DNA of 64,000 nt from positions 1,632,001 through 1,696,000 of the forward strand of contig CBDEUK010000002.1 of NCBI GenBank assembly GCA_965243205.1, read 5' to 3'. A model generated the notes under the pieces. The model worked only from the letters and a program-made list of their open reading frames with translations. It did not search any database and had not been told where the DNA came from. Shown in pieces: positions 10,546-21,315 of this stretch (position 1 is its first letter; the number at the start of each line of letters is the position of its first letter). A program made the position numbers and the translations under genes. The stretch is from Gammaproteobacteria bacterium (GTDB lineage Bacteria; Pseudomonadota; Gammaproteobacteria; Eutrophobiales; Eutrophobiaceae).

Positions 10546-11889
10546 TTATTTGATACCTAATTTATTTTCTAGGTAATGAATATCGGTTCCACCTGCACGA
10601 AACGCGGAATCATCAATAATTTTTTGTTGTAACGGAATATTCGTCTTAATACCATTGATCACAATTTCCGTTAAAGCAGTATCCATTCTTGCCAATGCCA
10701 AATCACGATTCTCAGCATGAACAATTAACTTTCCAATCATTGAGTCATAATGGGGTGGCACTTTATAACTATCGTAAATATGTGTTTCAACTCTTACGCC
10801 TGGGCCGCCTGGTGCATGATAATGCTCAATGGTTCCTGGGCATGGCATAAAGGTTTCTGGATCTTCAGCATTAAGGCGGCATTCGATTGCATGGCCATTA
10901 ATTTTGATATCGTCTTGAGTAAAAGAAAGTTTTTCTCCATCAGCGATTCGTAATTGTTCTTTTACTATATCAACACCTGTAATCATCTCAGTCACTGGGT
11001 GCTCAACTTGTACGCGAGTGTTCATTTCAATAAAGAAAAACTCACCATTTTCATATAAGAACTCAAACGTTCCTGCACCTCGATAACCAATCGCTCGACA
11101 TGCACTAACACATCGTTGACCGATCTCTTGTCTTAGTTCTTCGGTAATACCAGGAGCTGGTGCTTCTTCGATCACTTTTTGATGACGACGTTGCATGGAG
11201 CAATCACGTTCGCCTAAATGGATCACATTACCGTGTTCATCTGCCAATACTTGAATTTCAACATGTCGTGGATGCTCTAAAAACTTTTCCATGTAAACAT
11301 CTGGATTGTTAAAAGCCGTACCCGCTTCATTACGCGTTAAGGTAACAGCATTCTTTAACGCCGCTTCACTGTGAACAACACGCATACCTCGACCGCCACC
11401 ACCGCCCGTTGCCTTGATGATAACGGGATAACCAATCTCACGTGCTAAAGGAATATATTTATCTGGATCATCTTCTAAAATACCGTCAGAACCTGGTAAA
11501 CAAGGTATGCCAGCTTTTTTCATTGCTGCAATGGCAGAAACTTTATCACCCATCACTCGGATAGTGTCAGCTTTAGGTCCAATAAAAATAAACCCACTTT
11601 GCTCAGTGCGTTCTGCGAAATCTGCATTCTCTGATAAGAAGCCGTAGCCAGGATGAATGGCAACAGCATCGGTTACTTCAGCCGCGCTAATAACTGCAGG
11701 AATATTCAAATAGCTATCAATACTTGCAGCAGGCCCAATACAAACGGATTCATCTGCAAGGAATACATGTTTTTGTTCTCTATCCGCTTCAGAATAGACA
11801 GCAACAGTTTTAATACCTAATTCGCGGCAAGCCCTAAGTATTCTAAGAGCGATTTCTCCACGATTAGCAATGACGACTTTATCCAACAT
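10546..11889 (-). CDS. accC: Acetyl-CoA carboxylase biotin carboxylase subunit
   Basis: [36 protein letters not shown]. Confidence 0.97.
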   Translation of the reverse strand: MLDKVVIANRGEIALRILRACRELGIKTVAVYSEADREQKHVFLADESVCIGPAASIDSYLNIPAVISAAEVTDAVAIHPGYGFLSENADFAERTEQSGFIFIGPKADTIRVMGDKVSAIAAMKKAGIPCLPGSDGILEDDPDKYIPLAREIGYPVIIKATGGGGGRGMRVVHSEAALKNAVTLTRNEAGTAFNNPDVYMEKFLEHPRHVEIQVLADEHGNVIHLGERDCSMQRRHQKVIEEAPAPGITEELRQEIGQRCVSACRAIGYRGAGTFEFLYENGEFFFIEMNTRVQVEHPVTEMITGVDIVKEQLRIADGEKLSFTQDDIKINGHAIECRLNAEDPETFMPCPGTIEHYHAPGGPGVRVETHIYDSYKVPPHYDSMIGKLIVHAENRDLALARMDTALTEIVINGIKTNIPLQQKIIDDSAFRAGGTDIHYLENKLGIK

Positions 11890-11926
11890 AACGATTTATT
11901 CTTAAGTATGATTGATGAATAGATGA

Positions 11927-12385
11927 TTAACGAATGGTAAACAATACTTGCCCGTATTCTACTGGCTCACCGTTATCAACGTGGATCTTAACGATTTCAC
12001 CGTCGGCATCCGCTTCGATCTGATTCATGATTTTCATCGCTTCAATCACGCACAACACATCACCTTTCTTAACTTTTTGGCCAATACTTGCATAAGAAGG
12101 TTCGCCTGGAGCAGGTGAGGTATAAAAAATCCCGACCATCGGTGCTTTAACTTGATGCCCAGTCTCAGCAGGTTCAGAAGGCGCAGCAATTTCAACCGGC
12201 GCAGCAGGAGCTGCAGCCGGCATATAAGTCGCAGCCGCTTCTGGAACTTGTACGACTGTTTGGCTATTTGCAGGATTAATCTGGCGGCTAATACGTACAG
12301 ATTCTTCGCCTTCACAAACTTCTATTTCAGTTACGCCAGACTCTTCTAGCAATTCAATCAGTTTTTTTACCTTGCGGATATCCAT
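11927..12385 (-). CDS. accB: Biotin carboxyl carrier protein
   Basis: MDIRKVKKLIEL, biotinylation motif EAMKIMN. Confidence 0.97.
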   Translation of the reverse strand: MDIRKVKKLIELLEESGVTEIEVCEGEESVRISRQINPANSQTVVQVPEAAATYMPAAAPAAPVEIAAPSEPAETGHQVKAPMVGIFYTSPAPGEPSYASIGQKVKKGDVLCVIEAMKIMNQIEADADGEIVKIHVDNGEPVEYGQVLFTIR

Positions 12386-12409
12386 CTAGATACTCTCTTA
12401 TAGTAATTA

Positions 12410-12847
12410 TTAATTTAATTTGGTCTCTGCAGCCATCAAAGCCAACTCATAGCCTTTGGCTCCCATGCCACTAATAATGCCTACGGCAATGTCAGATAAA
12501 TAAGAATGTTTTCGAAACTCTTCTCGTGCGTAAACATTCGACAGATGAACTTCAATAAAAGGCAGTTGAACGCCTAAAAAAGCATCCCTGATAGCAATAC
12601 TGGTATGGGTAAATGCACCAGGATTTATGATGATGAAATCAACTTCAGATTTTTTTGCTAAATGTATTCGATCAATGATTTCAGATTCAGAGTTACTCTG
12701 AAAACACTGCAACTCATGGCCTGCTTTAGCAGCAGCCTGCTGGATTTGTTCATCAATTTCGACAAGCGTTGTATAACCGTAGACTTCTGGTTCTCTTTCG
12801 CCGAGTAAATTAAGATTGGGGCCATTTAAGACTAAGAATTTTGCCAT
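12410..12847 (-). CDS. aroQ: Type II 3-dehydroquinate dehydratase
   Basis: [34 protein letters not shown]; ATG at 12847. Confidence 0.96.
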   Translation of the reverse strand: MAKFLVLNGPNLNLLGEREPEVYGYTTLVEIDEQIQQAAAKAGHELQCFQSNSESEIIDRIHLAKKSEVDFIIINPGAFTHTSIAIRDAFLGVQLPFIEVHLSNVYAREEFRKHSYLSDIAVGIISGMGAKGYELALMAAETKLN

Positions 12848-12933
12848 GGTTCCCCCCAATTATTGTTATAGTTTCGTGTGATTTCGGGAATCTTAGCAGA
12901 ACTTATTCGCAAGTTCGAGGCATTTCTATGATT

Positions 12934-13494
12934 TTAGAGTAAAGAATCAATGACCTTTCGTGCAGTTTCTGTATCCAGAGGGCCACGCTTAGTGAATTCT
13001 ATCTTGCCTGAAGGACTGATAATAACGCTGTACGGTAACGCACCTGCAACATTACCATAAGCTTTGGCGACTTTCACGACATCTTGTTGTCCTACCAAGC
13101 TTGGATAATTCATACCATGCTCATCGTAGAATGGTTGAACTTCTTCGGCAGTTTGTAAAGCAACGCCCAAAAACTGCACACCTTTCTCAGCATACTCTTC
13201 TTGCAAATGGATAAACTCAGGGATTTCTTCACGGCATGGTGGACACCAAGTCGCCCAAAAATTAATGATAAGGATCTTACCATCCCATTCTTCTATTGAA
13301 CGCTGCTTACCGATGAGATCAGCTAAAGTAAAATCTGGTCTTTGTTGACCAATGATAGTTTCATGATCAAATCCAACTTGCTGCTGATTGCTTGGAGCTT
13401 GAGGGGAAAGATATTGTGATGTTTGAAAACCTGCAAACATTGAAAAAACAACTACACATAACCAAAAAATGGTCGAAGATAGTTTACTACTCAT
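12934..13494 (-). CDS. TlpA-family thiol:disulfide oxidoreductase
   Basis: INFWATWCPPCREEIP, N-terminal anchor, overlaps the dsbD stop. Confidence 0.9.
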   Translation of the reverse strand: MSSKLSSTIFWLCVVVFSMFAGFQTSQYLSPQAPSNQQQVGFDHETIIGQQRPDFTLADLIGKQRSIEEWDGKILIINFWATWCPPCREEIPEFIHLQEEYAEKGVQFLGVALQTAEEVQPFYDEHGMNYPSLVGQQDVVKVAKAYGNVAGALPYSVIISPSGKIEFTKRGPLDTETARKVIDSLL

Positions 13495-15341
13495 AAAGCG
13501 GTTGCTTGTTCTATATGTGAAATAAAATCATCTGCTTTAATAAAACCAACTAAGCGATAACCTATTAATTCTTGTTTTGATTGATCAAAAAATAATACGG
13601 CAGGTGGACCGAATAAATTAAATTTATTCAACAACGCTTTATCAATGTCATCATTTGCTGTTACATCGGCCTTTAATAGCACCATATCCGTTAAGCTTGC
13701 TTGTACTTGAGGATCGCTAAATGTATAAGCTTCCAACTCTTTACAAACAACACACCAATCCGCGTAAAAATCTAACATGATGAACTTACCTTGCGATTTC
13801 GCTGCTGCAAGTTCTTGTTCAAGATCCTCAACACTTTTTATCGGTTTAAAATCAAGTTTAGAAACAACGTTGTTAGTATTATTTGTAATGCTTGTTGTTT
13901 GAAATGGATGAAGTGGATTACTACCACCTAGAGTTGATGCCACTACTAACATCAAACCATAGACTAACAAAACAATACCTAAGCCCTTCCATAACCGAGA
14001 CCATTTTTTTATCGGCTCGATTTGATCTAATGCTCCCATAAAAATCGCAGAGACGATGAGTAAAGCAGCCCATAGCATTAATGTAATTTGGCCGGGTAAT
14101 ACTCGTTCTAAAAACCAAATCGCGACAGCAAGCATTAATACACCAAAAATAGCTTTTATGGTTTCCATCCAAGAACCTGCTTTTGGTAACAATTTTCCTG
14201 CAGAAGTTCCAATGATTAATAACGGCACACCAAAACCTAATCCCATAGCAAACAACGCTAGGCCACCTAAGATCGCATCACCCGTTTGACTAATATATAG
14301 CAATGCTCCTGCTAAGGGAGGCGCTACACATGGCCCAACAATAATAGCAGATAACACCCCCATGATAGCTGTTCCATGCAAAGATCCTGTTTGTTGATTA
14401 TCCGATAATTGATTCAAACGTGTTTGCAATCCACTTGGTAACTGCAACTCATAAAAACCAAACATAGATAGAGCTAATAATACAAAGACAAAACTGAAAC
14501 CGACTATTACCCAAATATTTTGTGAAGCTGCTTGTAAATTAAATTGGAATGAACCTGCTAATAAACCAAGTAAAGCATAGGTTAATGCCATTGCAATTAT
14601 ATACGTTAACGATAAAACAAAAGCTCTTTGAGTAGTTATTTCATTTGATTGACCAACGATAATCCCAGATAAAATGGGAATCATTGGAAACACACAAGGT
14701 GTTAGTGACAACAATAAGCCAAAACCAAAAAATAAAAAGATATTTGCGATAAAACTACCATTCGCAAGATTACTTAAAATAATATCTTGCTCGGATACCT
14801 TTACTGTAGCTTGTGAATTGGAACTACTAGTTTGTTCAACATTAGGTAATTCGTCGACGGTTTGGAATACGACATCAACTAGTTTCTCCTGAGGGGGATA
14901 ACAAACTGAATCTTCTTTACAACCTTGATACTTTACTAAGATCTGACCAGTAAACTGTGTAACAACCTTACGAATTAATGGCACAGTGAATTCAGTATCG
15001 CCAACATTCACGTTAACCAGACCAAACTCTGGATCGTTTTTCTCTTTTCCTTTTGGTAATTGATACGAGCCGATTTCTAATTCTGGGATTTGTGATTCAA
15101 CAGCAAATCGATTTTGATAAAGATAATAACCGTCTTCAATTCGCCAATTCAGAGTCAATTCGTTTTCATCACTTATTTCATTCGTAAAAGCAAACGCTAT
15201 TTCAGGATCCAAAATTTCATCAGAAGGCGTGCCAATATTATTGATTGCATTGTTTATACGATCACTAATTGAGATTGCCATAACCGAATGGCAAATCGAG
15301 AACATGATGAAACCATAAAATATTCGTAAATTCTTTTTCAT
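13491..15341 (-). CDS. dsbD: Thiol:disulfide interchange protein DsbD
   Basis: YQGC...CYPP alpha domain, LTPCVFPM and GPCVAPPL TM domain, DFYADWCVVCK gamma domain. Confidence 0.95.
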   Translation of the reverse strand: MKKNLRIFYGFIMFSICHSVMAISISDRINNAINNIGTPSDEILDPEIAFAFTNEISDENELTLNWRIEDGYYLYQNRFAVESQIPELEIGSYQLPKGKEKNDPEFGLVNVNVGDTEFTVPLIRKVVTQFTGQILVKYQGCKEDSVCYPPQEKLVDVVFQTVDELPNVEQTSSSNSQATVKVSEQDIILSNLANGSFIANIFLFFGFGLLLSLTPCVFPMIPILSGIIVGQSNEITTQRAFVLSLTYIIAMALTYALLGLLAGSFQFNLQAASQNIWVIVGFSFVFVLLALSMFGFYELQLPSGLQTRLNQLSDNQQTGSLHGTAIMGVLSAIIVGPCVAPPLAGALLYISQTGDAILGGLALFAMGLGFGVPLLIIGTSAGKLLPKAGSWMETIKAIFGVLMLAVAIWFLERVLPGQITLMLWAALLIVSAIFMGALDQIEPIKKWSRLWKGLGIVLLVYGLMLVVASTLGGSNPLHPFQTTSITNNTNNVVSKLDFKPIKSVEDLEQELAAAKSQGKFIMLDFYADWCVVCKELEAYTFSDPQVQASLTDMVLLKADVTANDDIDKALLNKFNLFGPPAVLFFDQSKQELIGYRLVGFIKADDFISHIEQATAL

Positions 15342-15667
15342 TTAAGATTTTCCGACAACCAATTTAGATACTCTTTTGATCCAGATTCGATAGGGACTGT
15401 GATTATCTCAGGAAGTTCGTATGGATGTAATTCTTTTAATCTTATTTCAATGTCTTCACAATGTTGTTTGCTGGTTTTTATGAATAATAATAACTCAGAA
15501 TCGATTTCTATTGCTTGTTTCCATTGATAAACCGATTTACCACTATCAATGATATTCACACATGCCGCTAACTGCTCAGCAACCAAAGACTTCGCTATGT
15601 TTTCAGCAGCATCACTATCATTGCAAGTGGTTATTAATAAACAGTATTTATCGTTTAATTCCATCAA
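15338..15667 (-). CDS. cutA: Divalent-cation tolerance protein CutA
   Basis: LAACVNI, SVYQW, LHPYELPEI; upstream of dsbD. Confidence 0.93.
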   Translation of the reverse strand: MMELNDKYCLLITTCNDSDAAENIAKSLVAEQLAACVNIIDSGKSVYQWKQAIEIDSELLLFIKTSKQHCEDIEIRLKELHPYELPEIITVPIESGSKEYLNWLSENLK

Positions 15668-15721
15668 AGATAATAATTCAGGTGTTAATTAAAAATAGTA
15701 TCGTTAAAATATTACAGCGTA

Positions 15722-16207
15722 ATGATTCATTCACAAGACCTTGAGGCCTTTTTCTTGTTCCGTTTTTTGTTTTTATTATTTGTCATCATCCCGATCATTG
15801 AGATTTATCTACTGATCGAAGTCGGCAGTCGTATCGGCACTATTAATACTATCCTTGTCATCATATTAACCGCCGCACTTGGAACGATCATGCTGCGTTA
15901 TCAAGGCTTAAGTACCATCGCCAGAGTACAAAACTCTATGCAAAGCGGCAAACTGCCTGCCAGCGGTTTAATCGAAGGTTTAATGCTGCTTGTTTCAGGC
16001 GCATTACTGCTTACTCCAGGCTTTTTTACTGATGCTATTGGCTTTCTATGCTTAATACCTGCGGTACGTATTCCTGTTGCAGAATATATTTTACAAAAAG
16101 CCATTCAATCTCGTATGCACTCTAAGCGAGATCACCAAGGCGATACCATCATTGATGGTGAATACTGGGAAGACGATGATTCCGAAAAAGATAAATTACC
16201 CAAATAA
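15722..16207 (+). CDS. fxsA: FxsA family membrane protein (start uncertain)
   Basis: IPIIEIYLLI, GALLLTPGFFTDAIG, C-terminal IIDGEY. Confidence 0.92.
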   Translation: MIHSQDLEAFFLFRFLFLLFVIIPIIEIYLLIEVGSRIGTINTILVIILTAALGTIMLRYQGLSTIARVQNSMQSGKLPASGLIEGLMLLVSGALLLTPGFFTDAIGFLCLIPAVRIPVAEYILQKAIQSRMHSKRDHQGDTIIDGEYWEDDDSEKDKLPK

Positions 16208-16229
16208 ACTTAAGCAGATTTCTAAACAA

Positions 16230-16502
16230 TCAATCGCCTTCATATAAGTTAGGCTTCAATGGATCAGGTGGCATTTGTAAATGATAACCCTGCTCTTGCA
16301 AATTTTTAATAACTTGCTCAACATCTTCCCGTGCCAACTTTCTTTCTGGACTAAGTTCTAACCCCATAACCAATGTTAAATCTTTAACAAGAGAGAGTAA
16401 TTCAGTAGGTAAAGACTCTGGTTCTAAATCCTCTCTTATATAAACGTACATTTCATCCTGTCGTGAAGCACGATACACTTGGCAATTCATTGTTGTAGTC
16501 AT
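16230..16502 (-). CDS. YcgL domain protein
   Basis: CQVYRASRQDEMYVY, RKLARED, QGYHLQMPP. Confidence 0.88.
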   Translation of the reverse strand: MTTTMNCQVYRASRQDEMYVYIREDLEPESLPTELLSLVKDLTLVMGLELSPERKLAREDVEQVIKNLQEQGYHLQMPPDPLKPNLYEGD

Positions 16503-16518
16503 TGAGCTTGTATAATTT

Positions 16519-17037
16519 ATGAATAAAGAATATTTTTGTCCGGCTTGTGGAAACCGCAGTTTTGAACCTTATCAAATAAAAGCATTTAAATGCAATCAAT
16601 GTGGGTTTCTATATTATCATAATGTTGCAGCGACCAGTTCCGCGGTTATTTCTGTTGATAATGACATATTATTAGTCACTCGAGCTCGTGATCCTCAGAA
16701 AGGTCAACTAGACCTTCCAGGTGGATTTGTTGAAGAGTTTGAAACGGCTGAACAAGCTATGATTCGTGAAGTCAAAGAAGAACTGGGAATAGAACTTGAA
16801 CAATATGGCCAATATGTATGTAGCGCTACTAATCGTTATCTTTATGCAGATGTTATGTATAACACCCTGGATATGTTCTATCATATTGAACTAGAGACTA
16901 AACCTAAAGTTACTGTAGATGATGATGTAGCTGATTATGGTTGGTTCAATATAAATTCGATTCCTTATGAACAAGTGGCTTTTAACTCTATTAAACAGGC
17001 TATCATGACATATCATGAATCGATTACTGAAAAATAA
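16519..17037 (+). CDS. Zinc-ribbon NUDIX hydrolase
   Basis: CPAC...CNQC plus Nudix box GGFVEEFETAEQAMIREVKEELG. Confidence 0.88.
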   Translation: MNKEYFCPACGNRSFEPYQIKAFKCNQCGFLYYHNVAATSSAVISVDNDILLVTRARDPQKGQLDLPGGFVEEFETAEQAMIREVKEELGIELEQYGQYVCSATNRYLYADVMYNTLDMFYHIELETKPKVTVDDDVADYGWFNINSIPYEQVAFNSIKQAIMTYHESITEK

Positions 17038-17554
17038 TATTATATTTATTTTTGTTGTTTTTATAATTTGTAATTGTAGTCAAACTAAAATAGAACCCTC
17101 ACAACAACCTTCCAAACCGACAAATAATCCCAACGAATCTGACACTACATTTGCTAAAAGGCTAGAACAAGTAAAGCCAGTCACCGTAAAAGATAAACTC
17201 ATGACCCTTTACAATGAATGGAACGGTGTGCCTTATCGTTATGGTGGCAGTGATAAATCAGGTATTGATTGTTCTGGCTTCGCACAACTAACGTATAAAA
17301 AGATATTCTCTGTAAATATCCCTAGAACAACATTAACTCAGTCATCCATCGGTAAAAAAATTTCACGCACTCAATTAAAACAAGGTGATTTGGTTTTTTT
17401 TAAACGCGGCAGAAGCTTTCGTCATGTTGGTATTTATTTAGAAAATGGTTATTTTATGCATGCATCAACAAGTCGAGGAGTCACTATATCCAAATTAGAT
17501 AGTGATTATTGGAAAAAAATGTTTTGGAAAGCTAAAAGAATCATTGATGAATAA
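17015..17554 (+). CDS. NlpC/P60 peptidoglycan endopeptidase lipoprotein
   Basis: GVPYRYGG, GIDCSG, GDLVFF, HVGIY, HAS; lipoprotein-like signal. Confidence 0.9.
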   Translation: MNRLLKNNIIFIFVVFIICNCSQTKIEPSQQPSKPTNNPNESDTTFAKRLEQVKPVTVKDKLMTLYNEWNGVPYRYGGSDKSGIDCSGFAQLTYKKIFSVNIPRTTLTQSSIGKKISRTQLKQGDLVFFKRGRSFRHVGIYLENGYFMHASTSRGVTISKLDSDYWKKMFWKAKRIIDE

Positions 17555-18263
17555 TACTGATATTCAAACAATCTCTTTATTACAACTAATGATAGGGTTT
17601 ATTCCAGTCCTTATAGTAATAACAATATTTTGGTTTTGGCAACTCAATTACAACAAAGCCATTTATTCAATTGTAAGAATGCTGATTCAACTATTATTAA
17701 TCGGCTATGTTTTGATGTTTGTATTTAATCAAAATTCAAGCTGGCTAGTATTATTCATTTTAGGATTAATGATTATTGCTTCAAGCTGGATTGCTTTAAA
17801 TACTAGTAATAATAAAAACATCTGTTCATTTCGGATTGCACTTATTTCAATCCTTATCGGCGGTGGTTTGTGTTTTTTATTAATTGTATTTTTAATTTTA
17901 GATCTGCAACCATGGTTTAAACCCAATTATGTGATCCCATTGGCCGGGATGATCTTTGCGAATTCTATGACCAGCATTAGTATCGCCATTGAACGTTTGG
18001 AATCTGAACTTAATAACAAAGTAAGTTTTACAACGGCTCGTCATTCCGCCTATCAAGCTTCAATGATTCCGGTAATCAATTCTTTATTTGCCGTTGGTTT
18101 GGTTTCTTTACCAGGCATGATGACAGGACAAATTTTATCAGGCGTTTCTCCATTCATAGCAGCACGCTACCAAATAATGATCATGTGCATGATCTTTGGA
18201 TCAGCTGGTATATCCACTGCATGTTTTCTTTTTTTATATAAAAAACAAATAGATATAAAATAA
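17547..18263 (+). CDS. UPF0014 (FetB/YbbM-like) ABC-type permease
   Basis: RMLIQLLLIGY, IPLAGMIFANSM, VGLVSLPGMMTGQILSG..P..AARYQIMIM. Confidence 0.85.
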   Translation: MNNTDIQTISLLQLMIGFIPVLIVITIFWFWQLNYNKAIYSIVRMLIQLLLIGYVLMFVFNQNSSWLVLFILGLMIIASSWIALNTSNNKNICSFRIALISILIGGGLCFLLIVFLILDLQPWFKPNYVIPLAGMIFANSMTSISIAIERLESELNNKVSFTTARHSAYQASMIPVINSLFAVGLVSLPGMMTGQILSGVSPFIAARYQIMIMCMIFGSAGISTACFLFLYKKQIDIK

Positions 18264-18318
18264 TATTTGAACTTATAAAAAGATCTCACGTCTTACAACT
18301 GTTCATGTCATCATATGT

Positions 18319-18336
18319 ATGTCAGTGACGTGACAT
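18319..18336. promoter_or_regulatory. Palindrome with perfect 6-bp arms, ATGTCA-N6-TGACAT; possible dimeric regulator site
   Basis: atgtca gtgacg tgacat in the intergenic region ~75 bp upstream of the 18410 ORF. Confidence 0.3.
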
Positions 18337-18409
18337 TATCAATAATAACGTTGTTTATAAAACAACGACCTCAACTAACTACATTCATAACTAACATAGG
18401 GGAAGCATT

Positions 18410-18694
18410 ATGGAAAGCTTATTACCATTAATCATTCAACTTATCAGTGGTGCAGTAGGTGGTAACGTAGCAGGTTCATTATTCAAAAATTTATCTTTAG
18501 GCACAGCCGGTAACTCCATTGCAGGTATCTTAGGTGGTGGTATTGGAGGACAGTTGCTATCCATGCTAGGAATCATGACTTCTAGTGGTGGAATGGATGT
18601 CGCAAGTATTGTTGGTAGCCTAGCCAGTGGTGGTGTCGGTGGCGGCGTATTAATGGCTATCATCGGTTTAATAAAATCAATGTTAGCTAAATAA
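18410..18694 (+). CDS. Small glycine-zipper membrane protein
   Basis: 94 aa, repeated GxxxG segments, RBS-like GGGGAAG upstream, terminator downstream. Confidence 0.8.
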   Translation: MESLLPLIIQLISGAVGGNVAGSLFKNLSLGTAGNSIAGILGGGIGGQLLSMLGIMTSSGGMDVASIVGSLASGGVGGGVLMAIIGLIKSMLAK

Positions 18695-18711
18695 CTTTAC
18701 ACAGCTCCAAT

Positions 18712-18743
18712 AAAAAAGCCCTGTAATACACAGGGCTTTTTTT
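18712..18743. terminator. Bidirectional intrinsic terminator
   Basis: aaaaaagccctgtaatacacagggcttttttt between convergent genes. Confidence 0.88.
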
Positions 18744-18764
18744 ATATAACATATATATAAATGT

Positions 18765-19532
18765 TTAATCATCTTGCCAAGCATTGTATTCGTATTTTTT
18801 ACCGCTCATTGGCAATATCCACATTTGATACATCGATGTAAACCACATAAACGTTGATGCTAATGAATAACCAAAACCACCTATGATTGTTAACCATGCG
18901 GCAGCCGGGAACCACTTCGTTAGCCACCAAGAAATGATATCAACAATTAAGAATGCGAACGGCATGGCGATCGCTAATACTTTAAGCCATTTTGGTATTC
19001 CGACTGAAAAGCTAAAAATTAACCCTACAAACATGAATATAAATGAAATACCAAATAAGTGGATATGTGAAACTCGCGTTAGGGAACTAACCGATGCACC
19101 TTCATCTGTTGCAGTAATTTCTTTTATCGTGTCAAAACTATTAAATGCTGGCAAACCTGGCACATTGCCATGACAAATAGAACAATACTGCTCTACATGT
19201 TTGGAAATTTTATTATGGTATTCATCTTCTGGAGCGCCATTTCTTGCCCATTGAATGATCTCTGCTCGCACTTCATCTGGCGCCTTATCCATCATGCTAC
19301 CATTCAGCTTGGCTTCTATTTTACTATTGCCTCGATCACCATAATAGCTGTAAACAATATCATCTAATGACAACCCCAATTTTCCATCAGCCATACCATG
19401 GGTTAAAACGATTTGTAATCCAGCCATTAAAAGACCTAAGCCGATAGCTAATAAATAACCTGTAAATAACACTCGTACAGGCAAAGCCAGGCTGGGTAAA
19501 TTCATCCACTTAGATTCTGTTTCGACACTCAC
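18765..19532 (-). CDS. Uncharacterised membrane protein with one c-type heme motif
   Basis: N-terminal TM, soluble loop with CSICH, then three TM helices beginning SHIHLFG. Confidence 0.7.
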   Translation of the reverse strand: MSVETESKWMNLPSLALPVRVLFTGYLLAIGLGLLMAGLQIVLTHGMADGKLGLSLDDIVYSYYGDRGNSKIEAKLNGSMMDKAPDEVRAEIIQWARNGAPEDEYHNKISKHVEQYCSICHGNVPGLPAFNSFDTIKEITATDEGASVSSLTRVSHIHLFGISFIFMFVGLIFSFSVGIPKWLKVLAIAMPFAFLIVDIISWWLTKWFPAAAWLTIIGGFGYSLASTFMWFTSMYQMWILPMSGKKYEYNAWQDD

Positions 19533-19628
19533 AACTCACCTCCAGATATGTACAATTATTTAGAATACTGTTCTAGCGACTATTATTTTTATAGATACAT
19601 TTAAACACAGTCATTTGTAATTTTGAAT

Positions 19629-20387
19629 TTATATGGCCAATAATTCTATTAATGGCAAATATGTGCCATTTCGTTCGAGCTTCTGCTTATGATACTCACC
19701 GCCTGACCAATATATTTTCCAAGCGTTTTTCCTTGTCATAGAAGTAATCACTCGATATTCATCATCTTTAATTTGTATTGCCGTGCCGTTTTCTAAGGCT
19801 ACAGCGACACCTTTCTGTTTTTGCATCATATTCTTTAACGAATCTTGTCTATGTTGCTCTGTGTCATAATGGGGGCATAACAACAAATCGACAAAACCTA
19901 AGCCTTGTACACGAATTAAGGTTTTATTTTTACCATCTTTAAACTTTCTGGAATCGCTATTACCGTAATTAAACCAACAAATGGCCCCTGCGCTGAGACC
20001 TGATAAAACAGTATTATTTTGTCGAGCCTTATCAAGCAGTTTATCAACCCCTAATTTTCGCCAATACTTCATCATTCTTAAGGTATTGCCACCACCGACA
20101 TAGATAATATCTGCACTTAAGATTTTCTTACTGATTTCACGCTTACTAGGCTTATCTTTATACAACAGTAGAGAATCGACTTTGCAAACAAAATGTCCTG
20201 CATACAAACGCCTAAATGCCTCGGTATATTCGAGATTATCCTCACTAGCCGTCGGTATAAATAACACAGATGGTTTTTTCTTACCTGAAAAATGAATAAT
20301 CTCTTGATCAATATCAAGTGTTTGAACTTTTGCGATGTTTGGAGTCATTATCCGTCCACCACCTATGGCGATTATTTTTCTATTCAT
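19629..20387 (-). CDS. Peptidase E (S51) family
   Basis: FIPTAS, DIIYVGGGNT, SGLSAGAICW, CPHY. Confidence 0.88.
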   Translation of the reverse strand: MNRKIIAIGGGRIMTPNIAKVQTLDIDQEIIHFSGKKKPSVLFIPTASEDNLEYTEAFRRLYAGHFVCKVDSLLLYKDKPSKREISKKILSADIIYVGGGNTLRMMKYWRKLGVDKLLDKARQNNTVLSGLSAGAICWFNYGNSDSRKFKDGKNKTLIRVQGLGFVDLLLCPHYDTEQHRQDSLKNMMQKQKGVAVALENGTAIQIKDDEYRVITSMTRKNAWKIYWSGGEYHKQKLERNGTYLPLIELLAI

Positions 20388-20470
20388 AGAATCAAATACT
20401 CACTGATAAAAATAATTATATTTAATATATAATACCGTGATTAATTCACTAATGTTGTAATGCAGGTTCA

Positions 20471-21310
20471 ATGATGGCTAAAAACAATAATAAATCTAAA
20501 AACAAATTAACAATGGCTGAGCAAGCCGATAAACATATTTTATATCAACACTCAGTCCAATGCGTAGAAACCGAGATAGATTTTGTGGATTCAACGTTTG
20601 AAGAACTCAAAGGAAAAAAAGCCCAAAAATTACGCGAAGACTTCTGCGGCACTATGAATACGTCTTGTGAATGGGTTAAGCGTCGGGAAGATAATATTGC
20701 CCACTGTGTTGATTTGGATGACGATGTATTGCAATGGGGAAAAGATAATAATCTATCCAAACTAAGTGATAATCAGACAAAAAGAATTAATATCTATAAC
20801 GAAAACGTCATTAGTGTTGATGTTGAACCAGCTGATGTTGTATTAGCGATGAATTTTAGCTATTGGATACTGAAAGATCGTAAGGTTATAACCGATTATT
20901 TTAAACGTATTCGTACCAATGGCCTAAAAAAAGATGGGCTTCTGTTTTTAGATTTTTATGGTGGTTATGAAGCCTTTGAAGAGTTAGAAGAAAAAACCAA
21001 ACATAAAGAGCACGGATTTACTTATATTTGGGATCAATCTAAATACAACCCTATCACTGGCGAATGTACTAATCATATTCATTTTCATTTCAAAGATGGT
21101 TCGAAAATGCGTGAAGCCTTTACCTACACCTGGCGTCTTTGGACCATGCCTGAAATGTTAGACATTCTTGAAGAAGCTAAATTTAAAGCCACTGTTTACT
21201 GGGAAGGTACAGACGAAGACGGTGAAGGCAATGGTGTCTTTGAGCCAACCATTGAAGGAGAAGCTGACGCTGGTTGGATAGCTTATATTGTTTGCGAACC
21301 TATGAATTAA
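20471..21310 (+). CDS. Class I SAM-dependent methyltransferase
   Basis: REDFCGT, VDLD, LAMNFSYW, YIWDQ, WRLWTMPE. Confidence 0.78.
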   Translation: MMAKNNNKSKNKLTMAEQADKHILYQHSVQCVETEIDFVDSTFEELKGKKAQKLREDFCGTMNTSCEWVKRREDNIAHCVDLDDDVLQWGKDNNLSKLSDNQTKRINIYNENVISVDVEPADVVLAMNFSYWILKDRKVITDYFKRIRTNGLKKDGLLFLDFYGGYEAFEELEEKTKHKEHGFTYIWDQSKYNPITGECTNHIHFHFKDGSKMREAFTYTWRLWTMPEMLDILEEAKFKATVYWEGTDEDGEGNGVFEPTIEGEADAGWIAYIVCEPMN

Positions 21311-21315
21311 TACTG

